Positions 10,079 through 18,706 of a stretch of 64,000 nucleotides of DNA are shown here, in pieces (position 1 is the first letter of the stretch; each line of letters begins with the position of its first letter). Position numbers and translations under genes: made by a program. The DNA lies in contig AP018178.1 of NCBI GenBank assembly GCA_002368195.1, forward strand, positions 5,337,286 to 5,401,285. The letters are read 5' to 3'. Under the pieces are notes generated by a model. That model was given only the letters and a program-made list of their open reading frames with translations, did no database searches and was not told where the DNA came from. This DNA is from Calothrix sp. NIES-2100 (GTDB lineage: Bacteria; Cyanobacteriota; Cyanobacteriia; Cyanobacteriales; Nostocaceae).

Positions 10079-13000
10079 ATGAAATACCAAGTTGGTGGTA
10101 GTATACCTAGTGATGATCCGAGCTACGTTATTCGTCAAGCGGACGCACAACTTTATACGAGCTTAAAAGCAGGCGATTTTTGTTACGTCTTTAATTCTCG
10201 CCAAATGGGTAAATCATCGCTGTTGCATCGCACAAAAGAGCGTTTGATGCAAGAAGGTAATAGCTGCATTTATATAGATGTAACACGCTTGGGTAGTGAA
10301 GATACAAAGACCGAACAATGGTATAAAGGAATTATTATCTGTCTTTTTTACGGCTTAAATTTAGCGGAAAAAGTTAATTTTAAAGAGTGGTGGGAGTTGC
10401 AAACAGGACTTTCACCTGTACAGAAGCTAAATCAGTTTGTCGAAGAGGTATTACTTACCTGTGAACAAAGTGAGCGAATCGTTATTTTTATTGATGAAAT
10501 TGATAGTTTATTGAGTTTGAGTTTTTCGGTTAGTGACTTTTTTGCTTGGATTCGTCATTGCTATAACCAACGCGCCCACGACCCAAAATTTCAACGTTTA
10601 GGATTTGCAGTGTTTGGGGTAGCCAGTCCATCTGACTTAATTGCTGATAAACGCCGCACACCTTTCAACATTGGCACAGCAATTGAGTTATACGGGTTTA
10701 AACTAGAGGAAGCTACCCCATTACTCCCAGGTTTAGAATCAGTAGTTAGCCAACCTCAAATAATACTACAGAAGATTATGGACTGGACTGCTGGACAACC
10801 TTTTCTGACGCAAAAAATTTGTCAGTTAGTTGTGCAGACCGCCAGAGAAACACCGCAGAAAAAAATTGATTTACCGCCAGCTACAGAAGGGTATTGGATC
10901 GAGCAACTGGTAAAAAAGCAGATTATTCAACAGTGGAAAGCCAAGGACGATCCAGAACACCTGCGCACAATTCGCGATCGCCTCCTGTACAACGAACAAC
11001 GCGCCGGGAGGTTGTTAGGTATTTATCAGCAGGTGTTACAAGCTGAAGCTGGTAAACCTCTTGTAGCGATCGATGATAGTCGAGAACAAAAAGAACTATT
11101 GTTATCTGGGTTAGTTGAAAAAAACAACGGCTATCTCAAAATTAAAAATCCCATCTATCGCCATGTTTTCAATTCTGAATGGGTGGAAAGACAATTAGAC
11201 AACCTGCGTCCTTACTCGCAAATCTTCAATGGTTGGGTAGCATCAAATTATCAAGATGAGTCACGATTACTGCGGGGAAAGGCTTTAAAAGATGCTCAAA
11301 ATTGGTCGCTGGGTAAAAGTTTAAGTGATTTGGATTATAAATTTTTTGCTGCTAGTCAAGAATACGAAAAGCGCGAAATTCAAACAGCATTAGAAGCAGC
11401 ACGAGCCAAAGAAATAGAAGCACGACTAGCACAAGAGAAAAAAAGTGCTAAAGTGCAAAGATTGTTGCTAATTGGCATGTGTATTAAGTTGTTCATTTCT
11501 ATAGGTTTGGGATGCGGAATTTACATTTTGTATCGCCAATCCCAGAAAAGCGAAACTCAAGCCAAAACTAGCGAAATTCAAGCCTTGGTATCGGCTTCTG
11601 AAGGCATGTTCGCCTCAAATCGTAGATTAGATGCCCTGATACAAGCAATTAAAGCTAAACAGAAACTACAACAACTAGAAAAACCAAACATCAATATTGA
11701 GCGTCAGGTAAACAATGTATTACAACAAGCTGTTTATGGGGCAGATGAATACAATCGATTTTCTGGTCATACAGCAGCTGTGATGTCAGTAGATATTAGT
11801 CCTGATAGTTCTTTAATTGCTTCCGCCAGTATAGATAAAACCATCACGATTTGGCAGCGTGATGGTACAGCCGTAGCAACTCTCAAAGGTCATCAGGGAG
11901 CAATTAGATGTGTTAAATTTAGTCCGGACGGTCAAACACTAGCCTCGGCGAGTGAGGATGGTACTATTAAACTGTGGAAACAAGAAAGTACAGACGGCCA
12001 GTGGCACATTTATAAAACATTCAAAGGTCACACTGCTTCCGTTTGGGGAGTCGCCTTTAGTCCTGATGGTCAATTTTTAGCCTCTACTGGTTGGGATAGA
12101 ACGGTAAGATTTTGGCAGCAAGATGGTAAACTGCTAAAAACATTTGCAGGTTACAAAGGATTTTGGGGAGTAGCTTTTAGTCCCGATGGTCAAACTGTTG
12201 CGGCGGCAAATCTAGATGGGACTGTAAAACTTTGGCAACGAGACAACACAGGCTGGCAAAACCCCAAAATTCTACAAATTCTCCAAGGACATAAAGCTTG
12301 GGTTGAGGGAGTCGCTTTTAGTCCTGACGGTCAAACCATTGCTTCTGCGAGTGAAGATAAAACAGTGAAACTGTGGCGGCGAGACAGTAAATATGGTAGC
12401 TATCGACTGGATAAAACTTTGCAAGGTCATACTGCTGGGATTGCAGGAGTCGCCTTTAGTCCTGATGGTCAGACTATTGTCTCTGCCAGTCTCGACAAAA
12501 CTATGAAACTTTGGAACATTGATGGTACGGAATTGAGAACGCTCAGAGGACATAGTGCTTCTGTTTGGGGAGTAAGTTTCAGTCCTGATGGCAGCTTTAT
12601 TGCTTCGGCGGGTGCAGAAAATCTTGTCAGACTCTGGAAAAGTCAAAATCCATTCCATAACAGTGTAATTGCCCACAATGCGGGGATTTGGTCAATAGCT
12701 ATTACCGCTGACAGTTCCACCATTGGCACAGCCAGTCACGAAAATGTTGCCAAATTGTGGAGTCCTCAAGGTAAATTGCTCAAAACTTTGACTGAAACAA
12801 GTGTCATGTTCGATGTTTCATTCAGTGAAGATGGCAAGTTAGTGGCTCTTGCTGCCTACGATGATACAGTAAAAATCAAGCGGCGAGACGGTACTAATGT
12901 TGCTAGTCGCAAAGATACCCACGGTATCATCACAGGAGCGAAATTGAGTCCCGATGGTCAAGCGATCGCCATTGCTAATGTTGACAAAATGGCTCAATTA

Positions 13001-13636
13001 TGGTCATTAAAAAATCCGGCATTGCAGTTTCTCAAAGGACATCAGGCAGAAGTCTGGCAAGTAGTCTTTAGTCCCGATGGTAAAATGGTGGCGAGCGCCA
13101 GTGCTGATGGTACTGCCAAGGTGTGGACACTAGACGGGAAGTTGCGCTCAACCCTCGTCGGACATGAGGCGGCTGTGTGGATAGTTGGCTTTAGTCCCGA
13201 CAGTAAAATGGTAGCTACTGGCAGCGGTGACAATACCATGAAGTTGTGGACGGTGGATGGTAAGTTATTGCAAACTTTCATTGGTCACACAGGTGCAATT
13301 TGGGGAGTAGGGTTTAGTCCCGATGGCAAAATCATTGCTTCTGGTAGTGTGGATGCTACCATCAAACTTTGGAAGCTGGATGGTACGGAAATAACCACCC
13401 TTAGAGGTCATACTGCGGCTATTCGCAAAATTGCTATCAGCCGCGACGGCACTTTTCTGGCCTCAGGGGGTGATGATAACACACTGATGATCTGGAATTT
13501 ACCGCGTATTCTCAACTTAAATCCACTTCCTGATGCTTGCACTATTGTCCAGGACTATTTGAAAACTAACACCACAGTGGAAAAAGGCGATCACTCTTTA
13601 TGCCAATTCCATAACAAAGCAAAAGCATCGAGTTAG
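10079..13636 (+). CDS. STAND-type signalling protein: AAA-like NTPase domain, coiled-coil/TM linker, then about 14 WD40 repeats, 1185 aa.
   Basis: N-terminal P-loop-like NSRQMGKSSLL. A TM-like segment LLLIGMCIKLFISIGLGCGIYILY. Repeated GH..xVxxVxFSPDGxxxASAS.DxTxKLW units run from about 11760 to 13500. Confidence 0.85.
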   Translation: MKYQVGGSIPSDDPSYVIRQADAQLYTSLKAGDFCYVFNSRQMGKSSLLHRTKERLMQEGNSCIYIDVTRLGSEDTKTEQWYKGIIICLFYGLNLAEKVNFKEWWELQTGLSPVQKLNQFVEEVLLTCEQSERIVIFIDEIDSLLSLSFSVSDFFAWIRHCYNQRAHDPKFQRLGFAVFGVASPSDLIADKRRTPFNIGTAIELYGFKLEEATPLLPGLESVVSQPQIILQKIMDWTAGQPFLTQKICQLVVQTARETPQKKIDLPPATEGYWIEQLVKKQIIQQWKAKDDPEHLRTIRDRLLYNEQRAGRLLGIYQQVLQAEAGKPLVAIDDSREQKELLLSGLVEKNNGYLKIKNPIYRHVFNSEWVERQLDNLRPYSQIFNGWVASNYQDESRLLRGKALKDAQNWSLGKSLSDLDYKFFAASQEYEKREIQTALEAARAKEIEARLAQEKKSAKVQRLLLIGMCIKLFISIGLGCGIYILYRQSQKSETQAKTSEIQALVSASEGMFASNRRLDALIQAIKAKQKLQQLEKPNINIERQVNNVLQQAVYGADEYNRFSGHTAAVMSVDISPDSSLIASASIDKTITIWQRDGTAVATLKGHQGAIRCVKFSPDGQTLASASEDGTIKLWKQESTDGQWHIYKTFKGHTASVWGVAFSPDGQFLASTGWDRTVRFWQQDGKLLKTFAGYKGFWGVAFSPDGQTVAAANLDGTVKLWQRDNTGWQNPKILQILQGHKAWVEGVAFSPDGQTIASASEDKTVKLWRRDSKYGSYRLDKTLQGHTAGIAGVAFSPDGQTIVSASLDKTMKLWNIDGTELRTLRGHSASVWGVSFSPDGSFIASAGAENLVRLWKSQNPFHNSVIAHNAGIWSIAITADSSTIGTASHENVAKLWSPQGKLLKTLTETSVMFDVSFSEDGKLVALAAYDDTVKIKRRDGTNVASRKDTHGIITGAKLSPDGQAIAIANVDKMAQLWSLKNPALQFLKGHQAEVWQVVFSPDGKMVASASADGTAKVWTLDGKLRSTLVGHEAAVWIVGFSPDSKMVATGSGDNTMKLWTVDGKLLQTFIGHTGAIWGVGFSPDGKIIASGSVDATIKLWKLDGTEITTLRGHTAAIRKIAISRDGTFLASGGDDNTLMIWNLPRILNLNPLPDACTIVQDYLKTNTTVEKGDHSLCQFHNKAKASS

Positions 13637-14278
13637 GGACTTCCAACTAAAAAAATATTCCATTACTGTGATACCAGGGGAGCAGGCAGATCTTAGCAGG
13701 CGGGAGGAACAGTCGTGTTGAGTCTAGAAATTGGAATAATTTATTTTTTGGAGTTCCCTTAACTACCTACACTCACCCGTTAGCCCGTTAGAGGAGTGTC
13801 GGCTTCTGATTTCATTGAATGTGGTCGCCATCCCCTTCAGGTTACTTGGTCTTACACCTCCTCCATCAGCAGTGACTGGGTTCCCGCCGCCATTGTTCAA
13901 TATGCGAATGCTCACCTTTAGTCTCAAGTCCAGGTGCATGGTTTCCCAAAAGCCACACAATTGGCGTGGAAACAAACTCCCTGCCTATCAGCCACTCCTT
14001 CACCTATTGCCTTCTTGACAAATGACAAATTACAAAACTCCAATTATGACCTAAAAAACTTTACTAACTCTTCTCAAATGTACTCACTTAAGTATATATA
14101 ATAATTGAGTAGATTTCTTTTTAATAAGAAGTCAAATTATGCGTAATGTTAATTTTTTTATATACAAAACAAGACATAATTAAATGTTTTTAATTACATA
14201 ATATCATCTATCATTTTTTTCACTAAATACAAACAATGTTATATTCACACACTTTTAATTAAAGCACTTGATATTTAT

Positions 14279-16096
14279 ATGGTTCGTATTCTGCTAGTAG
14301 ATGAGCAAAAACGCCTTAGAAAATACTTGCACGCTCTATTAGATCCAGATTGTGATTTAGAGGTAATCGCCACGATTCAAAAAGGTAAGAGTGCGATTGA
14401 GCAAGTAGCTAGTTTACAGCCTGATATAGTCCTAATAGACATAGATACACTTGGCATAGATGGGGTGCAAGCCACCAAGACAATCTGTCAGCGATTTCCG
14501 CAGATCAAAGTTCTCGTGTTGAGCAGTAACGATCGAGATGAATATATCCATCAAGCCTTGGATGCAGGGGCGATAGGCTATCTGATCAAAAATGTATGTG
14601 CTGAGGAATTACGAGAGACAATTCGCTTTTTTTGTCAAGATTCTATTAAGTTGGAACATAAACTTCCACAACAATCTAATCTAAAAATTCCAGTATCAAC
14701 TTCAGTATCTGCAAACTCGGTCTTTAAAGAATCTGGCTTGAAAATTCCTGTAGTAGAGAAAGAACTTAACTTATCTGCTAATTCATCACAGTTCCAGTCA
14801 TTCAGAAAGTTCATACCGCCTCCTAGCAATCAAAAAGAAATGACTAGTCTATCAAATCAACCATCCCCTAAACAAATTAGCTGGTATCAATTACTCACAT
14901 TACTCATGATTGCTGTTGGTTGTACCACTGGTATTTATCTTCTTCGCCAGGCACTGAGGAAGCCGCTGCCATCATTGAACTACATACAACAACAGTCAAC
15001 ACTGATGGGCACAGAATTTAGCGGTAAAGTTAAGCCAGCTAAAATAGTGAAAATAGCTGCATCTATCCCTTCAGTAGTTGAAAAAATTAATGTGCAAATT
15101 GGCGATAAAGTTAATCTGGATCAACCCCTCATAGTTCTCAAAAACCCTGAGAGTGACAGAGAAATTGAACAAATTTTGCAGCAACGCCAAAATCTCCTAC
15201 AACAAGAACAAGCAGTACTTCAACAACAGCAAACTGCTAAACAAAAAGTTTTAATCTGGGAGCAGAAAATTACCGACATTAATCGTCAGGAAACGCCACT
15301 AGCTGCGAAAATAGCTGATGCAGATTTGGAGTTATCTTTAACTCAGAGTGAAGCTGATAAACTACCTTTACCCCAAAGACAGGATTCAGTGGAAAGAACT
15401 AAAGCAATTTACGAAAGAGCTGAATCAAGAGTACGCCGATTTGCACAACTTTATCAACAGGGTGCGATCGCCCAAGATCAATTGGAGCAAGCACAAGCAG
15501 ATCTCAAAGTTGCTAAAGCAGATTATCAAGTAGCTGAAACTGCTGCTGCTACCGCAAACAATCTAGAACTTGCCAAAAAACAAAAGTCTCAGTTACAACG
15601 TCAGGTATCCTTAGAACAACAAAAACTCAAGCGCCAAGAACTAGAGCAACAGTTACAAAATTTGCGCTTAGAGTCTCAACAAGCAACTGAACGATTAAAA
15701 TTAATCCGTGAACAATCAACTCAGCTTTTCCAGCGTCAGATGCCATCGGGAAATACTATAGTGAAGGCGACAAGTGCGGGAGTAGTAGTGCAAGTACCAG
15801 TGAAAATCGGCGATCAAATCTTCACTGGTAACCCCCTGCTAGAATTAGCCCAACTCAAGTCCCTCAACGTTGAAGTATTGGTTAATGCTCGGCTAATTAA
15901 CGCTCTGCGTCAAGGTCAAAAAGCCACCATTAAAGTAGGTATAGGAAAAACTGCTCAGAAGTTTGAGGGAAAAATCGTCACGATTAATCCCATACCCTCT
16001 GAGAACATGAATCACACTGTTGAGATCCAGTTTGAAAATCCTGATGATGCTTTACTAGTGGGGCAAATGGCAGCTATCCAGTTTTTACCAGATTAA
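14279..16096 (+). CDS. Response-regulator receiver (REC) domain fused to an HlyD-family membrane-fusion/periplasmic adaptor protein, 605 aa.
   Basis: N-terminus MVRILLVDEQ...DIVLIDIDTLGIDG...VLVLSSNDRDEYI...GYLIKN matches a CheY-like receiver. This is followed by a TM helix, a biotin-lipoyl-like segment (VEKINVQIGDKVNLDQPLIVL), a long Q-rich coiled coil and a C-terminal beta-barrel (VKIGDQIFTGNPLLEL). Confidence 0.8.
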   Translation: MVRILLVDEQKRLRKYLHALLDPDCDLEVIATIQKGKSAIEQVASLQPDIVLIDIDTLGIDGVQATKTICQRFPQIKVLVLSSNDRDEYIHQALDAGAIGYLIKNVCAEELRETIRFFCQDSIKLEHKLPQQSNLKIPVSTSVSANSVFKESGLKIPVVEKELNLSANSSQFQSFRKFIPPPSNQKEMTSLSNQPSPKQISWYQLLTLLMIAVGCTTGIYLLRQALRKPLPSLNYIQQQSTLMGTEFSGKVKPAKIVKIAASIPSVVEKINVQIGDKVNLDQPLIVLKNPESDREIEQILQQRQNLLQQEQAVLQQQQTAKQKVLIWEQKITDINRQETPLAAKIADADLELSLTQSEADKLPLPQRQDSVERTKAIYERAESRVRRFAQLYQQGAIAQDQLEQAQADLKVAKADYQVAETAAATANNLELAKKQKSQLQRQVSLEQQKLKRQELEQQLQNLRLESQQATERLKLIREQSTQLFQRQMPSGNTIVKATSAGVVVQVPVKIGDQIFTGNPLLELAQLKSLNVEVLVNARLINALRQGQKATIKVGIGKTAQKFEGKIVTINPIPSENMNHTVEIQFENPDDALLVGQMAAIQFLPD

Positions 16097-16102
16097 TTTT
16101 TC

Positions 16103-17623
16103 ATGAAGAGACTATCTGTATTATTGACTACGGAAGGGACTTATCCCTACCATAAGGGCGGTGTAAGTACCTGGTGTGATGTTTTAACCAGCCAACTTCC
16201 AGAGGTAGATTTTCATGTGTTGGCGATCGCGGCTAATCCTTACCTAGAGTTACGCTATAAATTACCCAATAATGTCAAGCAACTGGTGAAAGTGCCCTTG
16301 TGGGGAACAGAAGACCCTGTAGAATACTCTTGGCGCTTCCCCTTTTCTCAGGCATTTAAAAGCAAAATAGAAACCACAAACAGGGTAATTGCAACTCAGT
16401 TTATCCCTTTATTTGAGGGTTTTTTAACAGCCATCCTCTTGCACGAACCAGATATCGAGCAGTTGGCCCACCTCATACTGGCAATTTATAAATATTTTCA
16501 GCGTTATGACTACCACAAGACAATGGAGTCGAAACTGGTATGGTCAACTTTTCAACGTTTAACCGCTACTCATTGGCATCCGTTAGTTAATCCTAATGCC
16601 GTCAAACTCATAGAACAGACGGAAGCCATGCGCTTACTCTATCGGTTTCTCATTCCCATTCATATCCCTGTTCCTAAAACCGATATCACCCATGCCTCAT
16701 CTGCTGGTTTTTGTGGCTTACCCTGTGTTATTGCCAAGTTAGAAAGAGGTACTCCTTATCTGCTCACAGAGCATGGTATCAATATTCGAGAGCAGTATTT
16801 AAATTTAAATCGCAGTATTCCCTCCCTATTTGTGCGTCAATTCTTATATCGATTAATGGGGGCGGTAGTTAAAGTCAACTATCACTACGCCGATCAAATT
16901 TCTCCTGTTTGTGAATACAATGCTCGTTGGGAACGTTGGTGGGGGATACCTGACCATAAAATCAAGGTGATTTACAACGGAGCCGATCCAAATATCTATC
17001 ATCCTACCCCAACCGTCGCTAAAGAACGACCTCAAGTCATGAACATGGGCTTGATTTTTCCTCTCAAAGGACAACTAGATTTGATCGCCGCAGCCGCTAT
17101 TGTCCGAGAGAAAATCCCCAATGTGGAATTTCGCTTTTATGGTCGTCCTTCCGATGAAAAATATTTTGCTCAATGTCAAGAATTAGTTCGCACCCATAAT
17201 TTAGAAGCAAATATCAACTTTGCCGGATTTACTAGCGAGCCTTGGCGAGCTTACAGTGAGGCAGATGTAGTGGCTATGTCGAGTATTTCTGAGGGCTTCC
17301 CTTATGCTCTCATTGAAGCCATGCTTTCCGGGGCTACCATTGTTTCTACGGATGTCGGCGGTGTCAGCGAAGCTTTAGGTGATACCGGATTACTCGTACC
17401 AGCCCATCGTCCTCAAGCCCTAGCTGCGGCGATTTTGCAGCTTCTAGAGTTACCCGAAACTGATAGGCGGAAATTTGGCCAGTTAGCCCATGAACGCGCC
17501 CTCAAGTTATTTACTCAGCAAAAATTCTTAGATGCACACATGGATAGTTATTACAACCTCATGAAACAAGTAAAAACAGACACAACTTCTATGAAAGAGT
17601 TGGCGATCGCATCTTCTAAGTAG
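16103..17623 (+). CDS. GT4-family glycosyltransferase with DUF3492-like N-terminal domain (PelF-like architecture), 506 aa.
   Basis: The C-terminal EGFPYALIEAMLSGATIVSTDVGG is the GT4/Glycos_transf_1 E-x7-E region. About 280 aa of non-GT N-terminal domain precede it, as in PelF-type enzymes. The gene starts 7 bp after the HlyD-fusion stop. Confidence 0.75.
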   Translation: MKRLSVLLTTEGTYPYHKGGVSTWCDVLTSQLPEVDFHVLAIAANPYLELRYKLPNNVKQLVKVPLWGTEDPVEYSWRFPFSQAFKSKIETTNRVIATQFIPLFEGFLTAILLHEPDIEQLAHLILAIYKYFQRYDYHKTMESKLVWSTFQRLTATHWHPLVNPNAVKLIEQTEAMRLLYRFLIPIHIPVPKTDITHASSAGFCGLPCVIAKLERGTPYLLTEHGINIREQYLNLNRSIPSLFVRQFLYRLMGAVVKVNYHYADQISPVCEYNARWERWWGIPDHKIKVIYNGADPNIYHPTPTVAKERPQVMNMGLIFPLKGQLDLIAAAAIVREKIPNVEFRFYGRPSDEKYFAQCQELVRTHNLEANINFAGFTSEPWRAYSEADVVAMSSISEGFPYALIEAMLSGATIVSTDVGGVSEALGDTGLLVPAHRPQALAAAILQLLELPETDRRKFGQLAHERALKLFTQQKFLDAHMDSYYNLMKQVKTDTTSMKELAIASSK

Positions 17624-17640
17624 AGAGGCGCAAAAAATCG

Positions 17641-17800
17641 AAGTTGCTCACTGAGCGTAAAGCCTCCGGCATAGCTTCTCCTGTCGGAGAGGCTGCGCCA
17701 ACGCTTAGCGCGTAGCGTCTCGCAGAGAAGTCGAAGTCAGCCAAGTTGCTCACTGAGCGAAGTCGAAGTGAGCGAAGTCGAAGTCAGCCAAGTCTAAATG
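17641..17800. repeat. Copy of a short dispersed intergenic repeat family (MITE/REP-like) plus GAAGTCGAAGT tandem units.
   Basis: The core ggcatagcttctcctgtcggagaggctgcgcc and flanking cgcttagcgcgtagcg recur at 54340..54480 and 60060..60180 (partly inverted). Confidence 0.7.
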
Positions 17801-17857
17801 TGCCCTCTATCTTGTCTTAATTACAATTTTTAACGGCGACTGAACTTATCTAAATAT

Positions 17858-18706
17858 ATGAATCTTTATTTCAAAACAACACGCAAATTGATTATGAGTG
17901 GTTTATTGACAGCAACACTTGCTTGTAGTAATGGGATTAAGCCAGAAACTGCCACGGCTCAAACTAAAATTCTCATCCCTCTTTATTCCTATCCTACCTG
18001 GTACAATCCCGAAGCTTATACTTGGCCGAAAATAGCTGCGGCTGCAAGTCAAGTCCCGATTACTGCCATTATTAATCCCAATAATGGCCCCAATAATGGC
18101 CCACCAAACAGAGATTATGCCAGAGGTATTCAAGACCTCAAACAAGGGGGTGTAACAATCCTGGGTTATGTGGCTACGAATTACGGCAAACGCGACATCT
18201 CTCAAGTCAAAGCTGATATTGATATCTACGCTAAGCATTTTCATCTTGATGGGATTTTCTTAGATGAAGCCGCCAGTGGGGCAGACAAGCTCAACTACTA
18301 CCAGGAAATTTACAAACACATTAAAACTCAGCCCCAACTGAAAATGGTTGTACTCAACCAAGGTACTCAAACCGATCAAGGATATCTGACTCGACCAGCA
18401 GGGGATAACCTAGTCATTTTTGAAAATTATTCAACTGCTTGGAATCAATACCAGCCTCAGACCTATGTCAAAAATTACGAGTCTGGGCATTTTTCCTGTT
18501 TAATTCACACCGTTCCTGATGTTGCCACAATGAAACAACATATTAATCAGGCTGTGGCACGCAATATCCAATATATCTACATCACAGATGATAGCCCTGA
18601 TAATCCCGACAAAGATCCTTGGAACAGCTTACCCTCTTACTGGCAAGAGGAAGTAAATCATATCCGGTCTTTAAATCAAAAAGTTCAGAGGTCTTCAGGA
18701 AGCTGA
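17858..18706 (+). CDS. Spherulation-specific family 4 (spherulin-4-like, Sph3/GH135-like) protein with signal peptide or lipoprotein signal, 282 aa.
   Basis: ILIPLYSYPTWYNPEAYTWP..., GYVATNYGKRDISQVKADIDIYAKHFHLDGIFLDEAASG and the overall length match the spherulin-4 family pattern as recalled from memory. N-terminus LTATLACSNG. Confidence 0.6.
   Translation: MNLYFKTTRKLIMSGLLTATLACSNGIKPETATAQTKILIPLYSYPTWYNPEAYTWPKIAAAASQVPITAIINPNNGPNNGPPNRDYARGIQDLKQGGVTILGYVATNYGKRDISQVKADIDIYAKHFHLDGIFLDEAASGADKLNYYQEIYKHIKTQPQLKMVVLNQGTQTDQGYLTRPAGDNLVIFENYSTAWNQYQPQTYVKNYESGHFSCLIHTVPDVATMKQHINQAVARNIQYIYITDDSPDNPDKDPWNSLPSYWQEEVNHIRSLNQKVQRSSGS

Noticed and set aside
12272-13281. Minus-strand ORFs 12272..12676 and 13042..13281.
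   Set aside because: They are inside the WD40-repeat coding region. The sense frame has strong repeat-protein signatures.
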